This document shows positions 52,286-64,000 of a DNA stretch of 64,000 nucleotides, piece by piece. The translations under genes and the position numbers were made by a program. Numbering within the stretch: position 1 is the first letter of the stretch; every line of letters starts with the position of its first letter. This stretch comes from an uncultured Planctomycetota bacterium (GTDB lineage: Bacteria; Planctomycetota; Planctomycetia; Pirellulales; Lacipirellulaceae), in assembly GCA_963719315.1 (NCBI GenBank), contig CAVRBU010000002.1, positions 1,440,001-1,504,000 on the forward strand, in the 5' to 3' direction. Under the pieces are notes generated by a model that had not been told where the DNA came from, made no database searches, and worked only from the letters and a program-made list of their open reading frames with translations.

Positions 52286-55260
52286 ATGAAAATCCAATTT
52301 CAGCTCATCGCGGACTTGGTGCTGGCATTTTCGGTCGCGTTGTTCGGCCAGTCCGCCGCGGCCCAACAATCGCCTGCGGAGGAACTTGCCCGCTTGCGGC
52401 CGGCTGAGAATTTCGACGTCTCTCTGTTTGCCTCCGAGCCGATGATCACCAATCCATCGGCCATCAACGTCGATTCCCGCGGTCGCGTCTGGGTTGCCGA
52501 AATCCAATGGTATCGTTCCCGCGCGAAACAGCCACCGGCCGACAAGATCAAAGTACTGGAAGATACCGATGGGGATGGAAAAGCGGACAAAGTGACCACT
52601 TTCGCGGAAGGGCTGTTCTGCCCGATGAGCGTCTGTGTGGCGGGCGACAAAGTTTATGTGGCCACCAGTCCCGACCTCTGGGTGTACGAGGATAAGAACG
52701 GCGATCTCAAGGCGGACGGCCCGCCGCGGAAGCTACTGACCGGCTTTGGCGGCGTCAATCACGACCATGGCGCCCACAGCCTGGTCCTAGGCCCCGACCA
52801 CAAATGGTGGATGAGCATTGGCGATGCCGGTTTGGATGTTACCGGCACGGATGGCTCACGGATTGCCTATCGGTGGGGCGCCATGTTGCGCGGCGAACTG
52901 GACGGCAGCCAACTGGAAATCGTGGCGTCGAATTTCCGCAATCCGTACGAGCTGTGCGTCACATCCTTCGGCGATGCGTTCGCCAGCGACAATGATAACG
53001 ACGGTAACGAAAGCACGCGGTTCTGCTGGATTCTCGACGGCGGTAACTATGGATGGTATGGTCACCCACCCGCACGGGAGTTGCCTGGTACTCCTTGGGG
53101 AGACCAATGGCATTTTCGCGGGCCGATCCCCGGCCATGTGCCGGCTTTGCTGATGACCGGTTTTGGCGCTCCCTCTGGAATGTGTTTCTATGAAGGCGAC
53201 GCCTGGGGGCCGAAGTTCAAAAACGTCGCGCTGCTCGCAGAGGCTGGCAGGCGTGAGTTGTGTCTCTTTCGCCCTCGTAAAGTGGGCACGGGAATGCAAG
53301 CCAGCCGCGAAGCAGTTCTCACATCCACCGATTTCTACTTTCGCCCCGATGACGTTTGCGCGGGCCCGGACGGCAATCTCTATCTCGCCGATTGGTACGA
53401 CGGCGGCGTGGGCGGTCACGCCTATAACAATCCTGACCAGGGCCGCATTTTCTTGTTACGTCCCAAGGGCGGTCATGCTCAGCGACACGATCGACCGGGA
53501 CCATACGACAACGCGGCCGATGCGATCGAAGGTTTGAAAAGCCCCAATTTGGCAACGCAATTTCTCGCCCGCGAGCGTCTGCTGGCAGAAGGCCAACCGA
53601 GCGTCCCAGTGGTGGCGCAGCTTCTAACGCATGCCGATCCCAACATTCGCGCCCGAGCGATGTGGGTCCTCGATCGGCTCGGCGGCGCGGGGCGAGAGCT
53701 CGTCGTCCAGCAGCTCACTAGCGACGATGCTGCGTTCCGTGCCCTGGCAATACGCATCTTGCGTCGCCACGGCGAGGAATATGGGGACTCCATTCTGCCG
53801 TTGGCCGCGGATTCGTCGAGCGAAGTCATCCGCGAAGTATTGCTGACGATTCGCGCCTCGCACGGCGCTGCGGCCGGCGCGGCATTAGTCAAGATCGCCG
53901 GCCGTTATGATGGCACCGACCGCTATTTGCTCGAGGCAATTAATATCGCGGCGGGGGATCGCAAGCAGGAGCTGTACGAACGACTCGCTGCGGAACGAGG
54001 CTTCACGCTGGCTCAGCTAAACCTCTTGCAATTGCTCAATCCCAAAGGCGCCCTTGTTCGACTTCGCGACGAACTCTTGAAGGGCCGAATTGACGATAAG
54101 ACATTTCCACCGCTACTGGCCTGCGCCAGCACGATGAATGACCCCGAGGCGGGCAAGATACTCCTGACATTTCTTGGGAGAAGCTCCGTCGCTCCCGGGC
54201 TGCGGCAGCGTGCGCTGGAAACGATCGCCAACCATCTCGATGGCGAGTGGAGCGCGCTTAGCGAGGACCAACAATTTGTGACAGCACTCCAAGCGTCCTT
54301 GGCCTACAAGGGATTGCAAGAATCGGCGTTGCAAGTTGTTGAATCGCACCATTTGCAGAGTGTCGATGAAGACGTGTTACGCCTGGCGGCAGATGTTGCG
54401 GTTCAGGATGCGCTGCGCTGTGCGGCGATCAAGACCACCGTGCAACTAGGCAAGTCAGTTACCAAGGTTGAGAAACTCCGTAAACTGCTCACGGACCATA
54501 AGCCGGCTGTTCGTGGGGCTGCGCTGACGGCGCTAGTTGTGGACATGCAGGATATGGCGACAGCCCGTGTAGTGCTGAGCGGCAAAAGTGATGCATTTGC
54601 GATCGCCTCGCGCAACGCGATCGCCGTCACGGCGCTCGATACGCCCGGCGGCGCGGACATGATGCGCCAGCTCGTCGAAGAAGGTGGGCTTCCGGAAAAA
54701 CTTCAGCAACACATCATCGCCAGGGCCATTGAACATCCGGACGCGAACGTGCGATTTCTCTTTGAGCGGTTCGTTCCTCCCAACCAGCGGCAGAAACGGC
54801 TCGGTGAGACGATCTCTGCGGCAGAAATCCTCAAACTTCCTGGTGATCCAATGCGTGGCGACGCCATTTTCCATCAGAATTCAGCTGCCCAATGCATGAC
54901 CTGTCATAAGGTCCATGGCAAAGGTGGGTCGATCGGTCCTGGATTGAGTTCCATCGGCGCCAAATACGATCGACCGCAACTTCTGGAGACCATCTTGATG
55001 CCCTCCAAGGCCATTGCGCCGGAGTACGTGTCATTCACTGTCGAAACACAAGACGGCGCGCGCTTGGAGGACTGCTCGTTGAAAAGTCGCGGGATGCGGT
55101 CGTGTTGAAAGACGTCCAAGGCCGAATCATCCGAATTCCTACGGACAACGTCGTATCGATTGTTGCGCAGCGCATTTCCATGATGCCTGAACTGGTGCTG
55201 CGTGACGTATCGGCTCAAGATGCGGCCGACTTGTTGGCTTACTTGGCAACTTTGCGATAA
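52286..55260 (+). CDS. PVC-type membrane-bound dehydrogenase / HEAT-repeat / heme-binding CxxCH protein; apparent frameshift near 55065
   Basis: LFASEPMITNP, LEDTDGDGKAD, FRNPYE, FRPDD, HEAT repeats, CMTCH, IGPGLS; shifted frame gives SMMPE...DLLAYL-stop at 55260. Confidence 0.88.
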
Positions 55261-55859
55261 TTCCCCCATTTCTTCCGCAAACGGGCGGTTGCGTCGTGCT
55301 CCTCAACCAGCCGGTTATGGCCAACGAATAGTTGCACTAGCAAAGTATACCCTCAACTCACACACTTCGAAACACTCGGCCCCTTTCCGTGGCACACTGG
55401 CTCGGCCGCGATCTGCTGTTGAATTGCTGCGCGAGAGTGTAAACTCTGGGCTACCGCTGTTCGTAGAGCGGCTGGCCCGGTCGCCGGGTGGCTGCTTCCA
55501 GCAACTTCCGCTAACGCACCGTCGTTCTCGCCTTAGCTGTGAAGCTGCGTCCCGACGCTTGGTTGGCGATGCACCCCGCTGGTCGCCGCCGCTGGTCGAC
55601 AAGATTCTGCGACACCGAGAAGCTATTTTTTGACGGGTACTCGGGATTTTGTTTGAAGACGTGAGATTAGACACACCGTTGCCTGAAGATTTGTCGGCAG
55701 ATCGACTTATGGCGACGAGTGCCAGCAAAGGAACGATTTCGAAACGCTGCCGTTGTCACTCTTGGTCATTTTCGGCCGCAAGAGAAATGATTTGCAACTG
55801 ACGCTTTGGGGAATGGTTACAATCAGGCGGTACGGCAATTGAATTCCAGGCCACTTCTC

Positions 55860-56132
55860 ATGAGCGACGTTACGCAAATCTTATCCGAAATCGAGCACGG
55901 CGATCCTGCCGCCGCCGAGCGGCTTTTGCCGCTCGTCTACGACGGACTTTGTAAACTGGCTTCCGTAAAACTCGGGAGCGAGATGCCCGGTCAGACGCTG
56001 CAGGCAACGGCGCTAGTGCACGAAGCCTATGTGCGGCTGATCGGGGACGAAGATCCGCGCTGGGATGGCCGGGGTCATTTTTTTGCGGCTGCCGCGGAAG
56101 CGATGCGGCGGATCCTGGTGGAAAGCGCGCGA
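55860..56132 (+). pseudogene. Truncated ECF sigma factor (TIGR02999/ECF43-like region 2 only)
   Basis: MSDVTQIL...LLPLVY...[15 protein letters not shown]...[19 protein letters not shown]; no region 4. Confidence 0.85.
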
Positions 56133-56189
56133 TTAATCACGACCCAGATCGGCAGGCTAAAACACACCAAATTTAGGAAACGACTTCAA

Positions 56190-59100
56190 ATGAAGACAAA
56201 ACGAACCGCCATGACCGCCCAGTCATTCTTAAGATTCTACTCCCGCTCCCCCTTTCGTTTTCTTGTTGCGATTGTGGCGGCCGGCGGCTTGTCGCTTTCG
56301 ACCGTCGATGCAGCCTCGGTCACCGACAGTGGAGCGGTTGGCACCAACGGCGCAAACGGGACATTTGGCAACGGCGGGCCGGGAACCGATGGCACCGACG
56401 GCGGCAACGCGAATGCGAACGCCGCCACACCGGCTGATTCAAGCAACGGCGCCACTGCCAACGGCGGCGCTGGCGGCCTCGGGGGAGCTGGCGGTGTCGG
56501 TCTTGGCGCGGGTATTAACGGAGGTCCCGGCGGCAACGGGGGCAACGGCGGTATTGCGACGGCGACCGCGACCACTTCGGGTTCATTTGCAGGAACGGCC
56601 AGCGCGACCGCGACGGCCAGGGGCGGTGCAGGTGGAAACGGAGGACCGGGAGGAGGCGCGAATCCAGGTTCGCCCGGCGCGAATGGCGACGCCGGCGACG
56701 GCGGCGCGGCGACGGCGGGCGCCACGGTGACGAACTCCGGCGGCAATTCCTCGGTGAACGTCGTGATCTCGGGTGGCACTGGCGGCGATGGAGGGAACGG
56801 CTTGGGCGCGGGTGGGAACGGAGCGGGCTTCAGTCTTGGGCCGATCAGCGTAACTTCGACCGCTCTCAACGGCACCGCCACAGGCAATCTTAGCGCCTCG
56901 GGAGGCTCGGGCGGCGGCACCGGAGGCAACGGCGCCTCCGCGATTTTGACCAACGCCATCACTGGAGACAGCACCGGCGGCGGAGGCAGCGTGACGCTTA
57001 CGCAAAGCGCCTCGGGAGGAAATGCGGGCGGCGGCTCTGTGGGTGCGCCGGGTGCGGCCGGAAACGCCACAAGTTCGTTGACTCTCAACACGACTGGTCT
57101 GAGCGGATTCAACGGCCTCACTTTATCCACGACCGCGACAGCAGGTTCGGGCGGAGCACAGAACAACACTGGAGGAACCGGTAGCGTCGGCGGCAATGCC
57201 GTATCGTTCGTCAGCGGCACGAATGACCTGGGCCTGACGAAGGTCAGCGCGAGTGCCACCGGCGGCTCGGGCGGGTCGTCCTCCTTTGGCGCGAATGGCG
57301 GTTCAGCGACCGTCAATGCCACGGCCAACGCGACCGGAGCGTTGAACGTCCCGAATGTCAGTGGAATTGCCCAAGGCGGAGGCGGCGGATCCATTTCTAA
57401 TAACATCGCGACAAGCGTGGGCGGGCGGGGCGGCGATGCGATGGCAACCGGCAGCGGCAACGCCAGCGGCAATGCCAGTCCCTTCATCAGCATGCTTGCC
57501 ACCGGCGGCACCGGCGGCGGCATCGACCCCAACTTTGGCTCAGGCATCGGCAGCGGCGGCGCGGGCGGCAACGCCACGACAGGCGGTAGCGGCAGCAATG
57601 CGGGAATCAGCACCATCAGCATCGACCAAAACGCCATTGGCGGACGGGGCGGCGCTGCAAGAGGCGCGGGACAAACGGGCGGCGCGGGCGGTACCGCCAT
57701 TTCCACCGCCAGCGGCAGCTCGACCGGAGGCGGGACCGTCAACGTAACCGCACGGCAAACCGGCGGGATCGGCGGCCAGGCTGTGAACGGCGCGGTCGCA
57801 GCGAACGGCGCCAACAGTACCGCGATGAACGCCGTCAGCGGATCGAGCAACGGCACGCTGAATCTTATTCAAAGGGCGACGGGCGGCGCGGGCGGAGCCG
57901 CCTCGGGCGCGACCAGCACGGCGGGCGCAGGCGGTAATGCCAGTTCCGCTGCGACCGCGAGTAATCCCGGTGGAGGCAACTTTGGCCTCGGCACGGATGC
58001 CACGGGCGGCGCCGGCGGCCAGGGCACAAGTACCCACGCCGGAAACGGCGGTTCCGCCGTGGCGAGCGCGAACGGATCCGGCGCGACCGCCGCCCTGGTC
58101 AGCGTCACCGCGAGTTCGACCGGTGGCGCGGGCGGCGCCACTTCTACAAGCGGCAATGCCGGCGCGGGAGGCGGCGCCACGCTCGGAGCGGTGACCGCGA
58201 CAAATACCGGCGCAGGGCGCGGTGAATGTCACTGGTGTGGTGACAGGCGGCGCCGGGGGAGACAGCAGTACCAGCGGCAACACTGGAAACGGAGGCAATG
58301 GCGCGAGCGTCTCGGTCACAAACGCGGTCGACGGCAACACCAACGGTGGAGCCATATCCCTCACGCAGCGCGCCACCGGAGGCGTGGGTGGAGCTGCCAA
58401 CACGGGCACTGCCGGTGTCGGCGGCGCGGCGAGCAGTTCACTCAGCGCCAGCAAGAGCGTTGCCGGTTTGTTGACTGTCACCACTTCCGCCCAGGGCGCC
58501 AACGGCACGAGCACCACCGGCGCTTCCGGGGCCAGCAACGGCGGAGCGGGCACGTCCACCAGCTCCGCCACTAATTCCAGCGGCGCGGCCCGCGCCGTCA
58601 CAACCGCGACTGGCGGTGGAGGTGGCACCGGCGATGTCAATTCCAGCGCCGGAAATGCAGGTGACGCTACTAGCTCCGCGACCGCCCAGACCTCTGGTGA
58701 CGGACACGCGGCCACGGCCGAAGGTACTGCCACGGGGCGGCCGGGAGGCAGCGTTTACTCGACCGGTGTCGGGACTCCCGGCTTCGCCGGCATGACCACC
58801 AGCACCTCGACTGCCATCGTTCTCGGCAACAGCACCGCCACCGCCACGGACGTCGCGACAGGAGGCAATGGCGGTGATGTGAACAGCGGCCCGGGCAACG
58901 GGCGTAACGGCGGAAACTCCAATTCGACCGCCAACGCCAACGGCAATACCAGCGCCGTCAGTTCAACGGCGACGGCCACCGGAGGAAGCGGTGGATTGAA
59001 AGGCAACGGGGTCAACGACACGGGTGGCTTGGGAGGCAATGCCACGGCCATGGCCAACAGCTCCGGCTTGAGCACAGTCAATGCCACGGCCAACGCCACG

Positions 59101-60078
59101 GGTGGCATTGGACGCCAGGGCTCCGTCGGCGGAATCGCCAACGCGATGGCCAGCTCTACCATCATTACGGGAGGAACGGGAACAGCCTTCGCCCATGCGA
59201 ACGGCCGTGGCTCCGGCGGAACCTCCGGTGCCATGGCCACCACCAGCGGCGGAGCGATCACCTCGCTCAAAGCCGTCACAAGTTCTCCCGTGTTGGGACC
59301 AACACCTACCTTTCAGGCAGAATCACGCGCCAAGATCGGCGGCGCCGAGATTTCATCCTCGTCCGCATTTGGTCTGCAAGCCGCCGCCTACGCTACCGGC
59401 ACACCCACCAGCCCCGGTGGCCCCTTTGGCACGGACACTCTCGCGATTTTCGCTCAGGGCGCTTATTCGCCTCTGACGTCCGCCGCTGCAGCCACCTACA
59501 CCAGCGACATCCTGCTTTCCGTCGATCCGAGCCAGCTTCCGGGTGTGGGAGGATTGAAAATCGGCTTCTACGCGCCAGCTTCGTCGGGCAGTGGCTTCGA
59601 TTCGCTGACCTTGCAGGTGTTCAAGGAAAACACGCTGGTGATCGACCAGACGTTTGTTACATTGGTCGCCGCGAACACGTTCTTCAATGGAACCATCATC
59701 GATCTTGGCTCGAACTTCACCGGTGTCACCGGCGCACTCGACTTGAAAGTTTCTATGTCTCTCACCGCGGACACCAATGCCGACAGCTACCGTTTCAATT
59801 CCGCCTTGGGCACCGTAGCCGGAGCTCCCATTCTCTCCGGCGACTTCAATAACGACGGCGCCGTCGACGCCGCCGATTACGTAATATGGCGCGAGACCAA
59901 CAGCAGCAATTCACAGGCCTACGCCGATTGGAGGGCGAATTTCGGGGCGGGCATGGGTTCCGGTGGCGGCGCGCCGGGAGCGTCGCCCGCCCACGCCGGT
60001 GTGCCCGAACCAGCAACGTTGGTATTACTGATGCTTGCGATAGCTGGCTGGTGTGTGCGGCGATGCCGAGCCGCTTAG
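56190..60078 (+). CDS. Giant Gly/Ala/Thr-rich (PE_PGRS-like) surface protein with dockerin-like motif and PEP-CTERM; apparent frameshift near 58220
   Basis: Signal peptide, many GGxGG repeats alternating with A/T-rich strands, [39 protein letters not shown]. Confidence 0.85.
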
Positions 60079-60305
60079 AGAGTCCCAGCGACTCATCAAG
60101 GCGTGAAACGCTTCATCAATCCACGGTTTAGAAACGCTGCCGGAATCTCGCAAAATCGGCTGCTCGCAGGGAGTGTTGCGGGCCGCGTGGTTCGTGGAAC
60201 GCTTGCGTCTCTAGTTAGGTGAGAGTCGTTCACAGAAAGATGCACGACGACCACGCGCTGAATCTCAACGACATCCTTAATGTCGTGTGAATCCCAACTG
60301 CGACA

Positions 60306-62468
60306 TCAGTCGAATGCCTTCGGCACGGCCGGAAAAGCGTCCTTCAACTTGGAGGGCGTCTTGCGTCCCGCACGCTGGTAATCAAACGGCACAAAACCGA
60401 TCTGCGCTGCCGGCGAGTCGGCCCGCAAATGAAAATCTCCCACTGCTGCATCGACGAAATTCGGATCTGCGACCAGCGAATGTCGATCGTGCAGAGTCTC
60501 CTGTTGCCACGTGTGGAACGACATGCCCGCCAGCGTGTTGAGCGTACCCGGCGGCTTGCGCCAGTACAGGTTGTAGTCAAGCTTCGCCCGATCGTCCCGC
60601 CATTGGCCGTCAAACAGCGGCGAGTCGTTATCCCAATACACGATGTTCCGCTCGAACGTAAACGACAGATGGTCTTCTACCCGCGTCCGCTGCAATTGCT
60701 GTTTCTCCCCAAACGCAAAAATGTTATTCGCAATGCGGTTGTTTCGTCCGTAGTGCTGATGGAATCCTCCAGTGCGCGTGCGATACACCAAGTTGTTTTC
60801 CATCACGATGCCGGTCGATCCTTCATCCGTATACAGTCCCCAACCTCCGTAGTCGAATGAACGCACATCGTGGACCCAGTTATTGGATACGACCGTGCCC
60901 GGGCTGATTCCGAGCGTATACACGCCTCCCATGTCCGAGAGCACTCCCTGACCGATCGTATGCAGGTGATTGAACGTGATTTGATTGTGGTTACTACGGC
61001 TCTCTGCATACCCCCACTGCCAACCGACCGAGATCGCGGTGTAATATAAATCGAAAATCTCGTTGTGCGTGACGACATTGTACGACGCGTGCCCCACCCA
61101 CACACCCACGGCTGCCGGATGTAGACGCCCCGCGTGCGCGATTGTCGAGTCTCGCACGGTGTTGCGCAACACCTCGTTCATGTCTGCCGGTCGGTTGGTA
61201 CCTTCTGGCCCCCACGACTGTTGGCCCCCCATCGTTCCGATCATGATCCCACCCGCGCCTAGGTCAACCAGCTCGCACTGTGTGATCGTATTGTCCTGGC
61301 AACCGCCACGCAGCGCAATGCCATAGGCTCCTAGATGCCGCAGCGTACAACCCTCAAATCGCACATGCCGCGCATCCTCCGCCTCGATGGACGCCAACAA
61401 CCGAATCTCAGCCTGAGGAATCGATTGCCCTTCTGCCGGCAGCTTCCAATGCGAGTGGGCAAACGTCAATCCGCGAAATTCGAGATATTCGACCCACTGC
61501 CGGTGCACGTCATCGGATTCGAGCTTCGCCAGCACGTCGATCTTCGGGGCGACGACCACTGTTTTTTCCGGCGTTTCGCCCGGAAACGGAATATAGGTCA
61601 GCACGCCAGTCGGTCGGTCGAGATACCATTGGCCCGGTTCCGATAGCGCTTCCTTCACGTTCTCAACGCGATAGCGTCGCCCCTCGCTGAATCCAATCCA
61701 CGGCGCAGTCCCCGCCGTCGTTCCGGTGAATTGAACGATACGCTTTCCGGAATCAATCGACTCGATCCGCATGCGCGACGCACACCATTGATGAAATCCC
61801 AGTACCTCAACATCTCGAAGGTTCGACCAGTCGGGTCGCAGGTCACCGTCGGCAAACCGGAACCGGTCAAAGCCCTTTCCACCGGCCGCAGGCGACGGCC
61901 CAAGCGATTCTGCCACGTGATAGTAACCCTCTCGCGGCAGAGTTGGTCGAAAACGGCGCTGGTCGTTGACGAACAGTTGAGAAAATTCCCAATCGCCGCT
62001 GGCAACCTTCTGTAACTTCACTCGCCATCGACCGTCTGCCCCCACCTCCCAACCATCGATCACCTTGCCGCCGCTTATAACGGGCATTTCGCTTTCATAC
62101 GCTTCATAGCGCGTCGGCGAATTCGCGCTGCCGCTGTCGGCAGCCGAAAAACGTAGCGTCGCCGTTAGTTCATACATGCCCCCGCGTAGCGCAACGACCA
62201 GCGGACGTTTCCGCTCAGGCTGCGCAGCGCGCAGCTCTCGTGCAAGTTTCTGAGCACGCTCGACAGTCGCCACCGGGCCATCACTCCTGTCGGCGTTCGG
62301 CGCCGCCACTGTTCCGCTCCACTGGTCATTTCCCAGGGGCGAAACATAAAAATCTGCTGACTTAGCAGCAGATACCGAATTCGATGCCAAGCTAATGGCA
62401 ATAATCCACACCGCAAGTAAAGCAACAAGAGTAATAACTCGCGGACAGCGCACTGTATGCTCCTTCAA
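60306..62468 (-). CDS. Secreted right-handed parallel beta-helix protein (GH141-like polysaccharide-active enzyme)
   Basis: [43 protein letters not shown] and GLYTDEGS motifs. Confidence 0.8.
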   Translation of the reverse strand: MKEHTVRCPRVITLVALLAVWIIAISLASNSVSAAKSADFYVSPLGNDQWSGTVAAPNADRSDGPVATVERAQKLARELRAAQPERKRPLVVALRGGMYELTATLRFSAADSGSANSPTRYEAYESEMPVISGGKVIDGWEVGADGRWRVKLQKVASGDWEFSQLFVNDQRRFRPTLPREGYYHVAESLGPSPAAGGKGFDRFRFADGDLRPDWSNLRDVEVLGFHQWCASRMRIESIDSGKRIVQFTGTTAGTAPWIGFSEGRRYRVENVKEALSEPGQWYLDRPTGVLTYIPFPGETPEKTVVVAPKIDVLAKLESDDVHRQWVEYLEFRGLTFAHSHWKLPAEGQSIPQAEIRLLASIEAEDARHVRFEGCTLRHLGAYGIALRGGCQDNTITQCELVDLGAGGIMIGTMGGQQSWGPEGTNRPADMNEVLRNTVRDSTIAHAGRLHPAAVGVWVGHASYNVVTHNEIFDLYYTAISVGWQWGYAESRSNHNQITFNHLHTIGQGVLSDMGGVYTLGISPGTVVSNNWVHDVRSFDYGGWGLYTDEGSTGIVMENNLVYRTRTGGFHQHYGRNNRIANNIFAFGEKQQLQRTRVEDHLSFTFERNIVYWDNDSPLFDGQWRDDRAKLDYNLYWRKPPGTLNTLAGMSFHTWQQETLHDRHSLVADPNFVDAAVGDFHLRADSPAAQIGFVPFDYQRAGRKTPSKLKDAFPAVPKAFD

Positions 62469-62737
62469 AGCGAGATTCCCGGTCTGGGTTGAACTTCAAA
62501 ACGAACTAATCTCGGAATGTCGTCCATTCTAACTTTCTTCGCCCGCGCCCCCCATGTCTAGCGCGGTCGGAATTGTCTCAGTTTGTTGCCGGCGAATCTG
62601 ATCGCAAAGCTCCCGGCGCGGGAATCTTGACCTCTCAAGCCCTTTTTCGGAGGGCCATGGCACCGTTTTTCGTGAGGTTGCGGGCCATACAGCATGGTCC
62701 AAGAACTCGTTTGCGTGAGAGATACTCCATCAACCCA

Positions 62738-62830
62738 GTACGCCGTGAAAGTCGGCGATCTCCGTTGGTGCGAATCCCACCCGGCCAATCGGTCGCTCGG
62801 CCGGAAGCAATCAGAGCGATGAAGGACAGG
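62738..62830 (+). mobile_element. 5' fragment of a group II intron (domain I start)
   Basis: GTACGCCGTGAAAGTCGGCGATCTCCGTTGGTGCGAATCCCACCCGGC...CGGAAGCAA resembles bacterial group II intron 5' ends; no RT ORF follows. Recognised by pattern only. Confidence 0.5.
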
Positions 62831-63219
62831 ACGGCGCACGTCAACAAGTCATCAACGCGGTGACACTTTCAACTAACCACCGTTTTAGATACTGTCTGAT
62901 CGTGCGATCCTAAACCTCCCTGTTGGCGCTGGAGTCGTGTCCAGCTGCGCTGCCAACGAGTCCAGCACCCTGGTTATGGTCGCGAGTTGGCTCTTTTTCC
63001 GGTCGCGCTGCAAATTCGGCACAACCGTGCCAAGTCCGAGGGCGCACCAGCCGCACCCACCTCGCTTTAACGATCGACTTCCTATTCCGACAGTTCCCCC
63101 CGTCGCGGCCGCGACGTTGCCGCCAACCTACGCTTGTTCAAGCAACTCGGCCGCCGTGCCGCCGGCCGCTGCCCCTCCAACCACAAGCGGCATGGGTCAT
63201 TCGTAGCGAGGCTTCTAGC

Positions 63220-63594
63220 ATGGAAATCAAAGCACTGGTCACCGACAGCTCCAGCAAGGCGCGGAAAAACATCATCCGCTCGCTCAAGGAAATCGGCGTT
63301 CGCGACATCCTTGAAGCCACCAACGGCAACGAGGCTGTCAAGCTCATGGAAAAGGGCAAGGTCAACGTCGTGTTTGCCGAATGGAACACCCAGATCGGCC
63401 AAGGCGAAGAGTTGGTCAAATCGTTCCGTCGCACCGACGCCAAGCTGCCGGTGATTGTGACGGCCCCGCAGTCGAAGCAGCTCGATGAACTCAAGAAAAC
63501 ATACCCCACCGCTTCGAACTACCTCACGATGCCGTTTACCACGGAGCAGCTGCAGAGGACGGTCGCCCAGTGCGTCCCGTCGATCGCCGGCTAA
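63220..63594 (+). CDS. Atypical single-domain CheY-like receiver lacking the canonical phospho-Asp
   Basis: ALVTDSS...EATNG.EA...VVFAEWNT...G.EL...PVIV...NYLTMPFT aligns to a receiver fold. Confidence 0.8.
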   Translation: MEIKALVTDSSSKARKNIIRSLKEIGVRDILEATNGNEAVKLMEKGKVNVVFAEWNTQIGQGEELVKSFRRTDAKLPVIVTAPQSKQLDELKKTYPTASNYLTMPFTTEQLQRTVAQCVPSIAG

Positions 63595-63882
63595 GTTTCG
63601 CATCGCCGACCAACGGCTCACTGATTGCAACTCCGGCCACTCGCGTCTTCCGGCGCGGGTGGCCGGTTTTCGTTATCCTCGCCCCACCGCTCCTACGTAG
63701 GCCCCGAAATCTCTATCCAGGGCAGGGTCGCGGCGGGTAAGCGACTGCAAGACACCAGGGCGCGACCGTCGAGCGGCTCGAATGCAAGCCTCACTTACCA
63801 CAAAGCGCAAATTTCCGCTTTGCGCTACCGGGCATCATAATTTACGTTGTTCTCGCAATCTTGAATTGCGGACGTAGCCTAA

Positions 63883-64000
63883 CAGCCTGTTGAAGAAGTC
63901 TCCTTTGGATAGACTTTCGCTAACGACGGCATGGCGCATAAATTGTCGCCTGCGGTTGGCGTGGATGCCAGTGTAAGAGCGATTATTGTTTTGCTCAGGC
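63883..64000 (+). mobile_element. Left end of a second copy of the IS at 28333, cut by the window edge
   Basis: Near-identical to 28333-28449 (one indel, one substitution); preceded by CTAA. Confidence 0.93.

Noticed and set aside
55500..55633. IS91-like transposase C-terminal relic (LVDKILRH)
   Set aside because: Only a few residues match and there is no CxxC or terminus support.
63018..63033. Sigma54 promoter near the receiver gene
   Set aside because: GG-to-GC spacing is 9 nt rather than 10; it is just a GGCAC-N4-GTGCC palindrome.

Overview
GC-rich bacterial DNA that looks planctomycete (Pirellulales/Lacipirellulaceae-like), judged from PEP-CTERM plus dockerin-like surface proteins, a PVC-type CxxCH dehydrogenase, DUF1570, DUF1080, a sulfatase and an ECF/Ser-Thr kinase cluster. 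At least ten otherwise normal genes carry single-base frameshifts, so the assembly is probably error-prone and pseudogene calls are provisional. 1-20 kb: a GT2 plus BshC-like operon behind a structured leader; a co-oriented PspA-like/FHA/STK/membrane/ECF/zinc-finger cluster; two secreted low-complexity proteins (Cys/Tyr-repeat and LysM) sharing an ECF-type promoter; an ABC-F ATPase; a PEP-CTERM protein. 20-36 kb: a mobile-element-rich zone with an ISAs1 relic, IS66 carrying a nested IS630, a tmRNA-like att fragment, an orphan Rhs tip, an IS1182/IS5-like element, a C-type lectin PEP-CTERM gene and IS630 nested in IS630. 36-46 kb: mostly core or hydrolase genes (panB, sialidase, S1/P1 nuclease). 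From a tRNA-Val(GAC) 3'-half att site at 46.6 kb rightwards lies a probable island: an MtlR/HEPN-like gene, a 31-33 bp G-U-containing hairpin, enzymes, a PGRS-like PEP-CTERM giant, a group II intron 5' relic and a pseudo-receiver. A repeated non-coding element marks module junctions near PEP-CTERM gene ends. Best novelty candidates: the Cys/Tyr-repeat plus LysM pair with its shared promoter next to the ECF/STK cluster, the PEP-CTERM-linked junction element, and the BshC-like operon with its leader RNA.
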